This document shows, piece after piece, positions 32,022-42,300 of a stretch of 43,956 bases of DNA. The stretch is taken from the NCBI GenBank assembly GCA_947595345.1, contig CANQEQ010000001.1, positions 1-43,956 of the forward strand, written 5' to 3'. The notes beneath the pieces were generated by a model. It saw only the letters and a list, made by a program, of their open reading frames with translations. It had not been told where the DNA came from and made no database searches. The position numbers and the translations under genes are program-made. Position 1 is the stretch's first letter; every line of letters begins with the position of its first letter. Origin of the DNA: an uncultured Bacilli bacterium (GTDB lineage Bacteria > Bacillota_I > Bacilli_A > RF39 > UBA660).

Positions 32022-33776
32022 ATGGAATATCAAGCTTTATATAGAAAATATAGACCTAAAACTTTTAAAGATGTAGTTGACCAAGAAAGTATTTTAAAAA
32101 TTATTACTAATTCTTTAAAAGAAAATAAAATTTCCCATGCTTATTTATTTTCAGGACCAAGAGGAACTGGGAAAACAACAATTGCTAAGTTATTAGCTAA
32201 AGCTATTAATTGTACAGATTTACAAGAAGATTTTTCAACCTGTGGTAAGTGTTCTAATTGCTTGGATATAGAGAATAATAGTCCGGATATAATTGAAATA
32301 GATGCTGCTAGTAATAATGGGGTTGACGAGATAAGGGAACTTAAAAGTAAAATAAATTTAGTACCTAATAAATTAAAATATAAAGTTTATATAATAGACG
32401 AAGTTCATATGTTATCTATAAGTGCTTTTAATGCTCTTTTAAAAACCCTTGAGGAGCCTCCTAGTCATGTTGTATTTATTCTAGCAACCACGGAGTTTTA
32501 TAAAGTTCCAACGACAATTGTTTCCAGATGCCAATGTTTAAATTTTACAAGAATTAAAACCGAGAATATAGAAAAAAGATTAAAAGAAATATCTAAAATA
32601 GAAAATATAAAAATAGAAGATGAGGCTATTCGGGAAATTGCTCTTTATTCAGAAGGTGGAATGAGAGATGCCTTAGGAATGCTTGATAAACTTGCTTCAT
32701 ATTCTTTAAAAGAAATAACCGTTAAAGATTTTTTAAGTATTAATGGACTTATATCTAAAAGTGATATAGATAACTTTATAAATTTAATACTTACTGGTAA
32801 GACCCTTGATGTAATAGAAAAATTAAAAGAATTTGATACTTTAGGTTATGATTTTTCTAAATTAATTGAAAAAATTATGCAAGAAGTAAGAGATTTAATG
32901 GTCTTGTATTATACAACAAATGATAAAAAATATAATCCTCAGGATTTATCAGATTTAATTATATGTTTAAATGAAACTTATAATTTATTAAGGGAAGCTG
33001 CTAATAGAAAAATAATTGTTGAAGTTAAGTTATTAACATTCATGAATAAAGAAAATGCTAGTCTAGCTAGTAAAAATCAAGAAATAGCAAAGACTAGTTT
33101 AGGTGAAGAAAATAAAGGAAAAAGCCTTAAAATAGTTGAAATTAAAGAGCCTAATGTTAGTTTAGAGGTAAAAGAAGAACCTCAAGAGGCAATTTCCCGG
33201 GAAATTGCAGAAGTTTCAAAAAATGTTCTTGAAAAACAAAAACCAGAGGGAAATAAACCTAAAAGCCTTGAAAAGTATAAAATTAACTTAGAAGTTAAAA
33301 AACAAAGAGTAGATAATACATTTGCTTTAGCTAGTAAAGTTTTAAAGAATATGGCTATTGATAAGTGGCAGAATTTAATTGATTATATAAATAAAGAGGA
33401 AACCAGTGAGTTATCAGGACTTTTAAAAGACTGTGAAATTGGAGTTGTTAGTAAGAATAATATTATTTTAGTTACAAAATATGAATCAGTGCTTGATAAA
33501 TTATATGATAATTGGGTAAAGACTAACGAGTTATTAAAGGAGCTTTTAGAAGAAGAATATAAAGTTGTAATTTTAAGTGATTTAGAATTCAAAGAAGAAG
33601 TTAAGAATTATAAAGAACATATGAATGATAAAGATTACTATGTATATAAAGAAGAGAGTAAACCTTTTATAGAGTTTTTGAATAAGGAAGTTGAAAATAA
33701 TAATAAAGTATGTTACTCTAGTTTAGTAGAAAAGGCAATAGATGCTTTTGGAAGTGATATTGTAGAAGTTGAATAG
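32022..33776 (+). CDS. dnaX: DNA polymerase III subunit gamma/tau
   Basis: Matches include MEYQALYRKYRPKTFKDVVDQE, HAYLFSGPRGTGKTTIAK, the zinc module CGKCSNC, IIDEVHMLS and SRCQ. ATG 32022 lies behind aaggtggtga. Confidence 0.95.
   Translation: MEYQALYRKYRPKTFKDVVDQESILKIITNSLKENKISHAYLFSGPRGTGKTTIAKLLAKAINCTDLQEDFSTCGKCSNCLDIENNSPDIIEIDAASNNGVDEIRELKSKINLVPNKLKYKVYIIDEVHMLSISAFNALLKTLEEPPSHVVFILATTEFYKVPTTIVSRCQCLNFTRIKTENIEKRLKEISKIENIKIEDEAIREIALYSEGGMRDALGMLDKLASYSLKEITVKDFLSINGLISKSDIDNFINLILTGKTLDVIEKLKEFDTLGYDFSKLIEKIMQEVRDLMVLYYTTNDKKYNPQDLSDLIICLNETYNLLREAANRKIIVEVKLLTFMNKENASLASKNQEIAKTSLGEENKGKSLKIVEIKEPNVSLEVKEEPQEAISREIAEVSKNVLEKQKPEGNKPKSLEKYKINLEVKKQRVDNTFALASKVLKNMAIDKWQNLIDYINKEETSELSGLLKDCEIGVVSKNNIILVTKYESVLDKLYDNWVKTNELLKELLEEEYKVVILSDLEFKEEVKNYKEHMNDKDYYVYKEESKPFIEFLNKEVENNNKVCYSSLVEKAIDAFGSDIVEVE
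33189..33208. promoter_or_regulatory. Perfect 20-bp palindrome containing the Noc-binding-site consensus ATTTCCCGGGAAAT
   Basis: The sequence gcaatttcccgggaaattgc is its own reverse complement. The central 14 bp (33192-33205) equal the published B. subtilis NBS consensus. It lies in the variable linker region of dnaX. Confidence 0.6.
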
Positions 33777-33787
33777 GAGATGATTTT

Positions 33788-34087
33788 ATGAATATGCAAG
33801 CGCTTATGCGTCAAGCTCAAAATTTACAAAAAGATATGTTAAAAGCCAAAGAGGAAATTGATAAGATGGAGTTTACGGCTACTAGTTCTTTTGTAACAGT
33901 AGTTGCTAATGGTAAAAAGGAAATATTAAAAGTTACGATTAAGCCTGATAATGATTTTTCAGTAAGTGATATGGATATGTTAGAGGATATGGTTCAAGTT
34001 GCTGTAAATGATGTTAATAAGCAAATTGATAAAAAAACGGAAGCTAAAATGGGCAAATATACTAGTATGATGCCAGGTTTATTTTAG
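33788..34087 (+). CDS. ybaB: YbaB/EbfC nucleoid-associated protein
   Basis: The sequence begins MNMQALMRQAQNLQKDMLKAKEEI and ends in MPGLF. It follows the canonical dnaX-ybaB-recR order. Confidence 0.9.
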   Translation: MNMQALMRQAQNLQKDMLKAKEEIDKMEFTATSSFVTVVANGKKEILKVTIKPDNDFSVSDMDMLEDMVQVAVNDVNKQIDKKTEAKMGKYTSMMPGLF

Positions 34088-34090
34088 ATT

Positions 34091-34708
34091 ATGTATCCAA
34101 GAAGTATAAGTAATTTAATAGAAGCCTTTAAATATTTTCCCGGAGTAGGAGAGAAAACTGCTGAGAGAATGGCTTTTAATGTTTTAGGAATGGATAAAGT
34201 TCAAACTGATTTTTTAGCTAATAGTATAAATAATGTTAAAGAAAAAATAAAAAGATGCGAGATATGTAATAATTTTACAGAAAGTAATATATGTTCTATA
34301 TGCGAAGATAAACTTAGAAATGCTGATTTTCTTTGTGTAGTTGAAGACCCTAAGACAGTTATTTCTATTGAAAAATTAGGAACTTTTCATGGCTTTTATC
34401 ATGTTTTAAATGGTTTAATTAATAATACTAATGGTATTAATCCTGAAGATATTAGATTAGATAAATTAATTAAAAGAATAGAAGATGGTAAGTTTAAAGA
34501 AGTTATAATTGCAGTTAAGCCATGTTTAGAAGGAGAAATGACTGCTCTTTATATAAGTAATGTCTTAAATGGAATGAATATAACGGTATCCCGTTTAGCT
34601 TCAGGTATTCCAATGGGTGCTGATATGGAGTATATTGACCCAATTACTTTAGAAAAAGCATTTGATAATCGTAAAAAAATATCATATAATGAAACCACCA
34701 ACTCATAA
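34091..34708 (+). CDS. recR: Recombination protein RecR
   Basis: Matches include LIEAFKYFPGVGEKTAERMAF, the zinc finger CEICNNFTESNICSIC and a Toprim segment. Confidence 0.93.
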   Translation: MYPRSISNLIEAFKYFPGVGEKTAERMAFNVLGMDKVQTDFLANSINNVKEKIKRCEICNNFTESNICSICEDKLRNADFLCVVEDPKTVISIEKLGTFHGFYHVLNGLINNTNGINPEDIRLDKLIKRIEDGKFKEVIIAVKPCLEGEMTALYISNVLNGMNITVSRLASGIPMGADMEYIDPITLEKAFDNRKKISYNETTNS

Positions 34709-34726
34709 ATTTTTATAGGTGGTTTT

Positions 34727-34909
34727 ATGATATTATTAAAATATATAAAAAGGTTTATTTTGGGGGCTTTTATGCTTTATGCCTATAATTTAATAGCTAG
34801 GACTTTTAATATAACTATACCGATAAACCTTTATACAATAATAACAGTAGGACTATTTGATATTCCTGGTATTTCAGGACTTTTAGCCTTAAAGTTAATC
34901 GGATTGTAG
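34727..34909 (+). CDS. bofA: BofA-family protein (pro-sigma-K processing inhibitor-like), short 60-aa form
   Basis: The segment ITIPINLYTIITVGLFDIPGISGLLALKLI matches the BofA C-terminal pattern (hvPiNlvT...GilGiPGi..L). Its position after recR matches B. subtilis. Confidence 0.65.
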   Translation: MILLKYIKRFILGAFMLYAYNLIARTFNITIPINLYTIITVGLFDIPGISGLLALKLIGL

Positions 34910-34916
34910 GTGAATT

Positions 34917-35792
34917 ATGTTAGACGATTTTAAAGATAATAATTTTTATAACTATGCTACTAATTTAAAAAAATATTATCATGCTTATTTATTTGAAGTA
35001 GATAATATAGAAGAAAGTTTTAAAATAATTTTAGCTTTTACCAAAATGATAATATGTAAAAATCATTATACTAATAATCTAAATTGTAAAGACTGTAATA
35101 TATGTCATTTAATAGATAAGAATTATTATGAAGATTTAAAGATAATAGAACCAGAAGGAGCTTTTATTAAAAAAGAACAAGTTCAAGATATTAAGAAAAA
35201 TTTAAGTTTAAAGTCGTCTAGTAATTCAAATCAAGTTTATATTATAAAAGAAGCTGATAAATTAAATAGTTATGCTGCTAATTCTTTACTTAAATTTATA
35301 GAAGAACCCGAAGATGGTGTGTATGCTATTTTAATAACAACTAATAAAAAGCAAATACTACCAACAATTTATTCTAGAACCTGTTTAATAAGTTTAAAAT
35401 CTAATAAAGATATAAATTATAATGAAGATGAGGTAAAATACTTAATTAATTTCTTAAATTTAATTCATGACAAAAAAGAAGCAAGTCTTCCATATCTTAA
35501 TATGTATTTTAAAGAAAAATATAATACTAGTCAGGAAATAATTAGAGCTTTAAATATTTTAGAAGTTATTTTAGATACTAAATTAGAAGAAAAAATTTTA
35601 AAAAATTCTAATAGAACTAGTTCTTTTTATGATATAATAAAGTCGTCTTTTAACTTTAAAGATAATGAATTAATACATTATTTAAAAGTAATTGTAGAGT
35701 TTAAAAATAAATTAATTTTAGTACCTAATTTGAATATTAATTTATTTTTAGATAATTTAGCAATAGAAATGGCAAATTTTGAGGTGATTTAG
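34917..35792 (+). CDS. holB: DNA polymerase III subunit delta'
   Basis: Matches include HAYLFEV, the Cys cluster CKDCNICHLI, VYIIKEADKLNSYAANSLLKFIEEP and YSRT. It follows the holB-yaaT order. Confidence 0.8.
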   Translation: MLDDFKDNNFYNYATNLKKYYHAYLFEVDNIEESFKIILAFTKMIICKNHYTNNLNCKDCNICHLIDKNYYEDLKIIEPEGAFIKKEQVQDIKKNLSLKSSSNSNQVYIIKEADKLNSYAANSLLKFIEEPEDGVYAILITTNKKQILPTIYSRTCLISLKSNKDINYNEDEVKYLINFLNLIHDKKEASLPYLNMYFKEKYNTSQEIIRALNILEVILDTKLEEKILKNSNRTSSFYDIIKSSFNFKDNELIHYLKVIVEFKNKLILVPNLNINLFLDNLAIEMANFEVI

Positions 35793-36566
35793 GTGAAAGT
35801 TGCAAGTATTAGATTTAATGACAAAGGAAGAGTTTATTACTTTAATAGTAATGATTTAAAATTAAAAGAAAAAGACACGGTAATTGTTGAAACAGAAAGA
35901 GGCTTACAATATGGTTTTGTAGTTACAGCTTCTTGTGAAATAGACGAGACTACTTTAGTGACGCCTTTAAAAGATGTTATTAGAATTGCTAATAAAGATG
36001 ATGAAGAGATTTATAAAAAGAATTTAAAAGATAGTTCTTATGCGCTTAAAAAAGCTAAAAGAATAGTTTTAGAACTTGAATTACCTATGAATATAATAGA
36101 TGCAAATTATACATTTGATAGACGTCAGTTATTATTTAATTTTACAGCTGATGATAGAGTAGATTTTAGAGAATTAGCTAAAAGATTAGCTAGTATTTAT
36201 AAAACAAGAATAGAATTAAGACAAATTGGAATTAGAGATAAAGCAAGAGCTATCGGAGGACTAGGGCCTTGTGGTAGGTTTTTATGTTGTAGTTCGTTTT
36301 TAACGGATTTGAATAGTGTTACTATTAATATGGCTAAAAATCAAATGTTAGCTTTAAATCCAACTAAAATAAATGGAGTATGTGGAAGACTTTTATGTTG
36401 TCTTGCTTATGAAGACGATACGTATACTGACCTTAAGAAGGGTTTACCAAGTATAGGAGAAGAATATCAATTTAATAATAAAAATTATAAAGTAATAGAT
36501 GTTGATGTTTTTAAAAGAAAAATTAAATTAGAAAATGAATTAGGAATTGAAGAGGTAACCCTTTAA
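35793..36566 (+). CDS. ricT: PSP1-domain protein YaaT/RicT
   Basis: The gene starts at GTG. Matches include VASIRFNDKGRVYYF, LAKRLASIYKTRIELRQIG and the Cys motifs GPCGRFLCCSSFL and GVCGRLLCCLAYE. Confidence 0.9.
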   Translation: MKVASIRFNDKGRVYYFNSNDLKLKEKDTVIVETERGLQYGFVVTASCEIDETTLVTPLKDVIRIANKDDEEIYKKNLKDSSYALKKAKRIVLELELPMNIIDANYTFDRRQLLFNFTADDRVDFRELAKRLASIYKTRIELRQIGIRDKARAIGGLGPCGRFLCCSSFLTDLNSVTINMAKNQMLALNPTKINGVCGRLLCCLAYEDDTYTDLKKGLPSIGEEYQFNNKNYKVIDVDVFKRKIKLENELGIEEVTL

Positions 36567-36567
36567 T

Positions 36568-37284
36568 ATGGAAGTTTTAAATGAAATAGTTGGGAAAAAT
36601 TTAAAAATTTATCAAGATAGCGAGTATTTTAAGTTTTCTTTAGATAGTGTTTTATTGCCAGGTTTTGTGAATATTAAGTTAAGAGATAAACGAATTTTAG
36701 ATTTATGTTCAGGGAATGCTCCTATTCCTTTAATTTTATCTTTAAAAACTAAAATAGAAATATATGGTGTAGAATTACAAAAAGAAATATATGATTTAGC
36801 ACTTAAAAGTGTAAAGATTAATCATAAGGAAGAGCAAATTAAAATATTAAATTATGATGTCAGGAATTTAAAAGACTTGTTTCAAGGTGATTTTTTTGAT
36901 ATAATAACCACTAATCCACCATATTTTAAGACTTATAAGGAGAGTAAGACTTCTAAAAATCAAGTTAAAGCGAATGCTCGTCATGAAAATACTTTAACCT
37001 TGGAGGAATTATTAAGTATATCTTCGTATTTACTTAAGAACAATGCCTCTTTTTATATGGTTCATAGAACTGAAAGGTTAATTGAAATATTAGCACTTTT
37101 AAGAAAGTATAGATTGATGCCTAAACGAATTAGATTTATTTATCCTTATAGGGGTAAGAGTTCTAAATTATTCTTAATAGAAGCTGTTAAAAATGGTCAT
37201 GAAGGATTAAGGGTTGAAGATAGTTTGTATATTTATAATGAGGATTTAAGTTATACCAATGAAGTATTAGAATTATTTAATTAG
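36568..37284 (+). CDS. SAM-dependent methyltransferase, YabB/TrmN6-like (tRNA1(Val) m6A37 type)
   Basis: The NPPY motif is IITTNPPYFKT. The SAM-binding segment is ILDLCSGNAPIPLILS. The position after yaaT matches Bacillus yabB. Confidence 0.7.
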   Translation: MEVLNEIVGKNLKIYQDSEYFKFSLDSVLLPGFVNIKLRDKRILDLCSGNAPIPLILSLKTKIEIYGVELQKEIYDLALKSVKINHKEEQIKILNYDVRNLKDLFQGDFFDIITTNPPYFKTYKESKTSKNQVKANARHENTLTLEELLSISSYLLKNNASFYMVHRTERLIEILALLRKYRLMPKRIRFIYPYRGKSSKLFLIEAVKNGHEGLRVEDSLYIYNEDLSYTNEVLELFN

Positions 37285-37292
37285 GAGGGTTT

Positions 37293-38729
37293 ATGGAAAA
37301 TGTAATTACAAGTGCTCTTCCTTTAATGGAAAAGTATTATAAAGTATGTGTTAAAAATAGATGGAATATGAGGTCTATTACTAAATATATTAAGGCTCAT
37401 AATTTAAAAGAATTTGAGTTTAGATATAATGTATTTAAGTATTTAGTAATTGGAGCTCAACAAGATTTTTTTAGGTTAAAAGAGTGTGAACAAAGAGTTT
37501 TAGTTGGTTCTAAGAATTATCGCTTTATCAATCAATACAAGGGAGTTATTGAAGAAATATCGGAATATATGGACAAAGATTTATTAGGAGTTAATTTTAG
37601 TCTGATAACGAAAAATAGCTTATTAGAACTTATTTATACAAATGATGCTAAGTTTCATGATTTAATTAATATCTATTTATTAGCAAGAATTAAAGAGAAA
37701 AAAGATTTATTATTAGTAGATAAGTATTTAAAGAGTTTAAAGTTAGATACTCATGATATTTGTTTAAGATTAGCAAGATATGAGCTTAGTATGAAAGTTA
37801 GTAAAGATGTAGTTAAAGAAGATTTTAAATATTTATTAAAAGAAGAGGTTAAAACTCCTCAGGAAACTTTAGAAGAAATAATAAAAGCTAAAGATTTTAA
37901 AGAGGTTGTTTATATATTTGATAATAGTATAGTAAATGTTACAACCTTGATTAATTTAGTTTTAGAGGCTGAAAAAAATAATACTTTAGAAAAAACTCTT
38001 TTGGAAAGTGTCCTTGAAAAGTTAAAATTTTATAATGAATATCAAATTAAAAAGTTAGAATATGATAGAAAGTATGGTGTAATTGATATGGTAGAGTATG
38101 ATACAAAAGAAGCTAAAAGGTTCGTAAATGAATATTTAGAAAGTAAGTTAAGTTTAGAGAAATTTTTAGAAAATTCTAATATTACTATGAAAGTTTGGGA
38201 ATATTATGTTAATTTAATTAAACTAGAAGATACGGAATTATATAGAAAATATGAAGCTAGTTGTGGTTTAATTAAAGTTGCTGATACTATTCTTTACTAT
38301 TTAGAAAATGGAATAGAAGAAGATGGAGTTATGCGTAAGTTTAATGTCCTAGATTATTTTATGCTAACTAGTTTATCATTTGAAGAGTTATACGAGCAAG
38401 AAATCAAAGGAAAATATAATAAACACGAAATATATATATTTAGAAGTTTCTTTTCAAGACATCATAGTTTAACACCTTTAACTGAAAGAACTATTCGTTA
38501 TTTCTATGAAGATAAGTTAATTGTTAATGTAGAGTTTGGGGAAGATAATATGCCAATTATTGGTTCAGGTCATGTTGTAACAAATGAAGAAAAAGAAGAG
38601 ATTATTAATTTCTTAAGAGAACATAATTGTTTATATGAAAGAACTTTATCCCTTGCTGTTACTAGATATTTTAAAAAATTAAAAGAAAATGAAACTAGTA
38701 AAGTTAAAAAGTTAAGTAAAGAAAATTAA
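37293..38729 (+). CDS. Hypothetical protein (478 aa), with no recognisable domain
   Basis: The long ORF has SD aggaggg and a composition like its neighbours. It is mostly helical and Lys/Glu-rich, with no TM segment. Confidence 0.6.
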   Translation: MENVITSALPLMEKYYKVCVKNRWNMRSITKYIKAHNLKEFEFRYNVFKYLVIGAQQDFFRLKECEQRVLVGSKNYRFINQYKGVIEEISEYMDKDLLGVNFSLITKNSLLELIYTNDAKFHDLINIYLLARIKEKKDLLLVDKYLKSLKLDTHDICLRLARYELSMKVSKDVVKEDFKYLLKEEVKTPQETLEEIIKAKDFKEVVYIFDNSIVNVTTLINLVLEAEKNNTLEKTLLESVLEKLKFYNEYQIKKLEYDRKYGVIDMVEYDTKEAKRFVNEYLESKLSLEKFLENSNITMKVWEYYVNLIKLEDTELYRKYEASCGLIKVADTILYYLENGIEEDGVMRKFNVLDYFMLTSLSFEELYEQEIKGKYNKHEIYIFRSFFSRHHSLTPLTERTIRYFYEDKLIVNVEFGEDNMPIIGSGHVVTNEEKEEIINFLREHNCLYERTLSLAVTRYFKKLKENETSKVKKLSKEN

Positions 38730-38783
38730 AATAGTTTATTAAATAAGGAAAATGTATTATAATAAATAGAATAAGGAGGCTCT

Positions 38784-39344
38784 ATGAAACTAATTGTAGG
38801 ACTTGGTAATCCTGGTGAATATTACTTAAATACAAGACATAATTTAGGGTTTAGGTTTTTAGATAAGTTTGTTTTAGAAAATAAGCTTGGTGAATTTAAG
38901 GAAAAGTTTAATGGAATGTATTTAAAAACTAAAGTAAATAATCAAGATGTAATTTTTTTAAAACCTTTATCATTTATGAATTTATCAGGTGAAGTAGTTA
39001 TAAAATTTGTAAATTATTATAAAATAAATCCTCAAGATGTTTTAGTGCTTCATGACGATTTAGACCTACCTCTTGGTACTTATAAATTAAGAAGTCAAGG
39101 TTCAAGTGGTGGTCATAATGGAATTAAGAATATAATTTTATATTTAGGAGATAATTTTAAACGTTTAAAAATAGGTATTTCTAATAATAAGGAAATGGAC
39201 ACTAAAGATTATGTTCTAGGACATTTTAGTAAGGAAGAAAACGAAATATTAGAAAAAGTTGAACCTAAGATTATGAAGATAATTGACGAATATTTCAAAG
39301 TATCATTTAATTCTTTAATGGCAAATTATAATAGGAGAGGCTAA
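38784..39344 (+). CDS. pth: Peptidyl-tRNA hydrolase
   Basis: Matches include MKLIVGLGNPGEYYLNTRHNLGF, LVLHDDLDLPLG and GGHNGIKNI. Confidence 0.95.
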   Translation: MKLIVGLGNPGEYYLNTRHNLGFRFLDKFVLENKLGEFKEKFNGMYLKTKVNNQDVIFLKPLSFMNLSGEVVIKFVNYYKINPQDVLVLHDDLDLPLGTYKLRSQGSSGGHNGIKNIILYLGDNFKRLKIGISNNKEMDTKDYVLGHFSKEENEILEKVEPKIMKIIDEYFKVSFNSLMANYNRRG

Positions 39345-42300
39345 ATGCATAATTTATTTGATTTGTTTAATGTAGTAGAAGAGAATAATGTAGGCTTATC
39401 AGGAATGACTGATGAGTCTTTTTGCCTTTGGTTAGTAAAGAAGTTTAAAAGTTCTAAAAAGGGGATTTTAGTTTTAACTAGTAATTTAACGGAAGCTAGT
39501 AATTTACTTAATATTTTAAATAGTATGACTAAAGATTGTTTATTCTTTCCAATGGACGATTTCCTAACAAGTGTTGCAATTAGTTCTAGTCCTGATTTGA
39601 TGGTAACAAGACTTGAGACTTTAAATGAATTACTTATTAATTCTAAAAAAATCGTGGTTACCCATTTAATGGGGTATTTAAGATATTTGCCAAGTGTTAA
39701 AACTTACAAAGAGAATATTTTAAAATTACAAGTAGGTTTTGAAATTGAACCTCAAAAGTTAGTAGAAAAGCTTTATAATATGGGGTATAAACGAGAAACT
39801 TTAGTAACAACCACCGGAGAAGTTGGACCAAGAGGTTTTGTTGTAGATATATTCCCTGTTTCTAGTAATAGACCAATTAGAATAGAGTTTTTTGGTGATT
39901 TAATTGAGTCAATTAGAACCTTTGATGAGGAAACTCAAAAGTCTTTAAAGGAAATAAATGACATTACAATTTATCCTTATACAGAGTTTTTACTTACAGA
40001 TTATAGTAAATTAGAGAAAAGACGCCAAGAAGAATTACCAAATTATACTAAAGACATTGTAAATATTGAAGCCTATTTAGGAAAACCTTTAGTTATTGTA
40101 AAAGATTATGATAGATTAAAAAGTACGTATTTAAAGATAGAAGAAGAGATTAAAAATTATAAATTAACTGATAATTATCAGGGAAATTATATGTTTGATT
40201 TAGCTCTTTTAGATTATAAGAAATGTTTAAATTATTTAAGTATTAATAACCTTAATATAGGAAATTTAGATAAGTTATATGATTTTAAAGTTAAGGAAGC
40301 TCCCAAGTTTCATGAAAATATAGATGCTATTAACAGTTATATTAAAGAAGCAATTAGCCTTAAAAAACAAGTTATTATTTGTTTAAAAGATTATCAGATA
40401 AAAAACTTTACGAAGTATTTAGAAGTTCCATATCTTTTAACAGATTTTAATAATTTAAGTTTAGATATTGTTAATATTTTAAATTTTGATTTACAAAAAG
40501 GTTTTATATATCAAGCTCAAATAATTCTAACAAGTGCTGATTTATTTAATATACAAGTTAAAAAACATAAGTATAAAACTAAGTTTAAGTATGCTACTAA
40601 AATTAATAATATTAATAAGTTAGAGATTGGGGACTATATAGTTCATAGTATAAATGGAATAGGTGTTTATAATGGGATTAAAACCTTAACGGTTAATTCT
40701 TTAAAAAAAGATTTTTTAGAGATTTTATATAAAGGTGATGATAAGCTTTATATCCCGGTTGAAAAGATAGATTTAATTAGTAAGTATTCGGGAAAAGAAG
40801 GAGTAGTTCCTAAAATCAATAGTTTAGGAAGTTCAGAATGGCGTAAGAACAAACAAAGAATTATTAATAAAGTTCATGATATAGCTGCTAAACTTATTAA
40901 TATATACGCAAAACGCGAAATGCAAGAAGGCTTTGCATTTTCTAAAGATACTAGTTTACATGAAGAATTTTATAATGAGTTTATTTATACTCCAACGAAA
41001 GACCAAGTAAAAGCTTTTTTAGAAATAAAAAAAGATATGGAAAGTAAACACCCTATGGATAGACTTCTCTGTGGTGATGTTGGGTTTGGAAAAACCGAAG
41101 TAGCTTTTAGGGCTATATTTAAAGCGATATATGATAATAAACAAGTTTTGTATTTATGCCCAACTACTATTTTATCTAATCAACAATATCAAAGTGCTTT
41201 AGAAAGATTTAAGAATTTTCCAATTAAAATAGGACTTTTAAATAGATTTACAACTAGTAAACAAGTAAAAGAAATAACTGATGGTCTTAAAGAAGGTAGT
41301 TATGATTTAGTAATAGGAACACATAGATTATTAAGCAATGATATAAAACCTAAGAATTTAGGACTTTTAATAATTGATGAGGAACAAAGATTTGGAGTAA
41401 CTCATAAAGAAAAATTAAGAGAATATAAGGCCTCAGTTGATGTTTTAACTTTAACAGCAACGCCAATTCCAAGAACACTTCAAATGTCAATTGTTGGAAT
41501 AAGAGCAATTTCGGTTATTGAAACTCCACCTGTAAATAGATTTCCGGTTCAAACTTATGTAGTTTATGAAAAAGATGAAATCATAAAAGATGCTATTATA
41601 AAAGAAATATCAAGAGATGGTCAAATATTTATTCTTTATAATAGAGTAGAAACTATTGATAGTAAGAAGGAAGAGTTAGAAAGATTAGTACCTAGTGCTA
41701 GAATAATTGTTGCTCATGGTAAACTAACTAAAACGGAACTTGAAGATAGAATGTTAAAGTTTATTAATCATGAATATGATATTTTGCTTTGTACAACTAT
41801 AATAGAAACAGGAATTGATATTTCTAATGCTAATACGTTAATTGTTTTAGATGCTGATAGATTTGGTCTTGCTCAATTATATCAAATAAGAGGAAGAGTT
41901 GGTAGAAGTTCTCAAATTGCTTATGCTTATTTAATGTATCCGGAGAATAAAGTACTAACCGAAACTTCAATTAAAAGATTGAATACTTTAAAAGAGTTTA
42001 CGGAACTTGGAAGTGGTTATTCTATTGCTAGTCGGGATTTATCTATAAGAGGAGCTGGAGATATTTTAGGTAGTGAACAAGCTGGTTTTATTGATACGGT
42101 TGGAATAGATTTATACTTAAAGATTTTAAATGATGAGGTTAAACGAATTAAAGGCTTAGAAATAGAAGAAGAAAAAATTAAAGACGAGAAACCTTTACTT
42201 AATGTTTCAACGCATATAGAGGATAATTATGTTTTAGATAATGACTTAAAAATTGAAATTCATAAAATGATTAATACAATTAATTCTTATGATAAACTTC

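Noticed and set aside
34693-34724. Hairpin aaccacc...ggtggtt overlapping the recR stop and the bofA SD, considered as a translational regulator
   Set aside because: The stem is only 7 bp with an 18-nt loop and a weak T-run. It is plausible but not distinguishable from chance in this composition.
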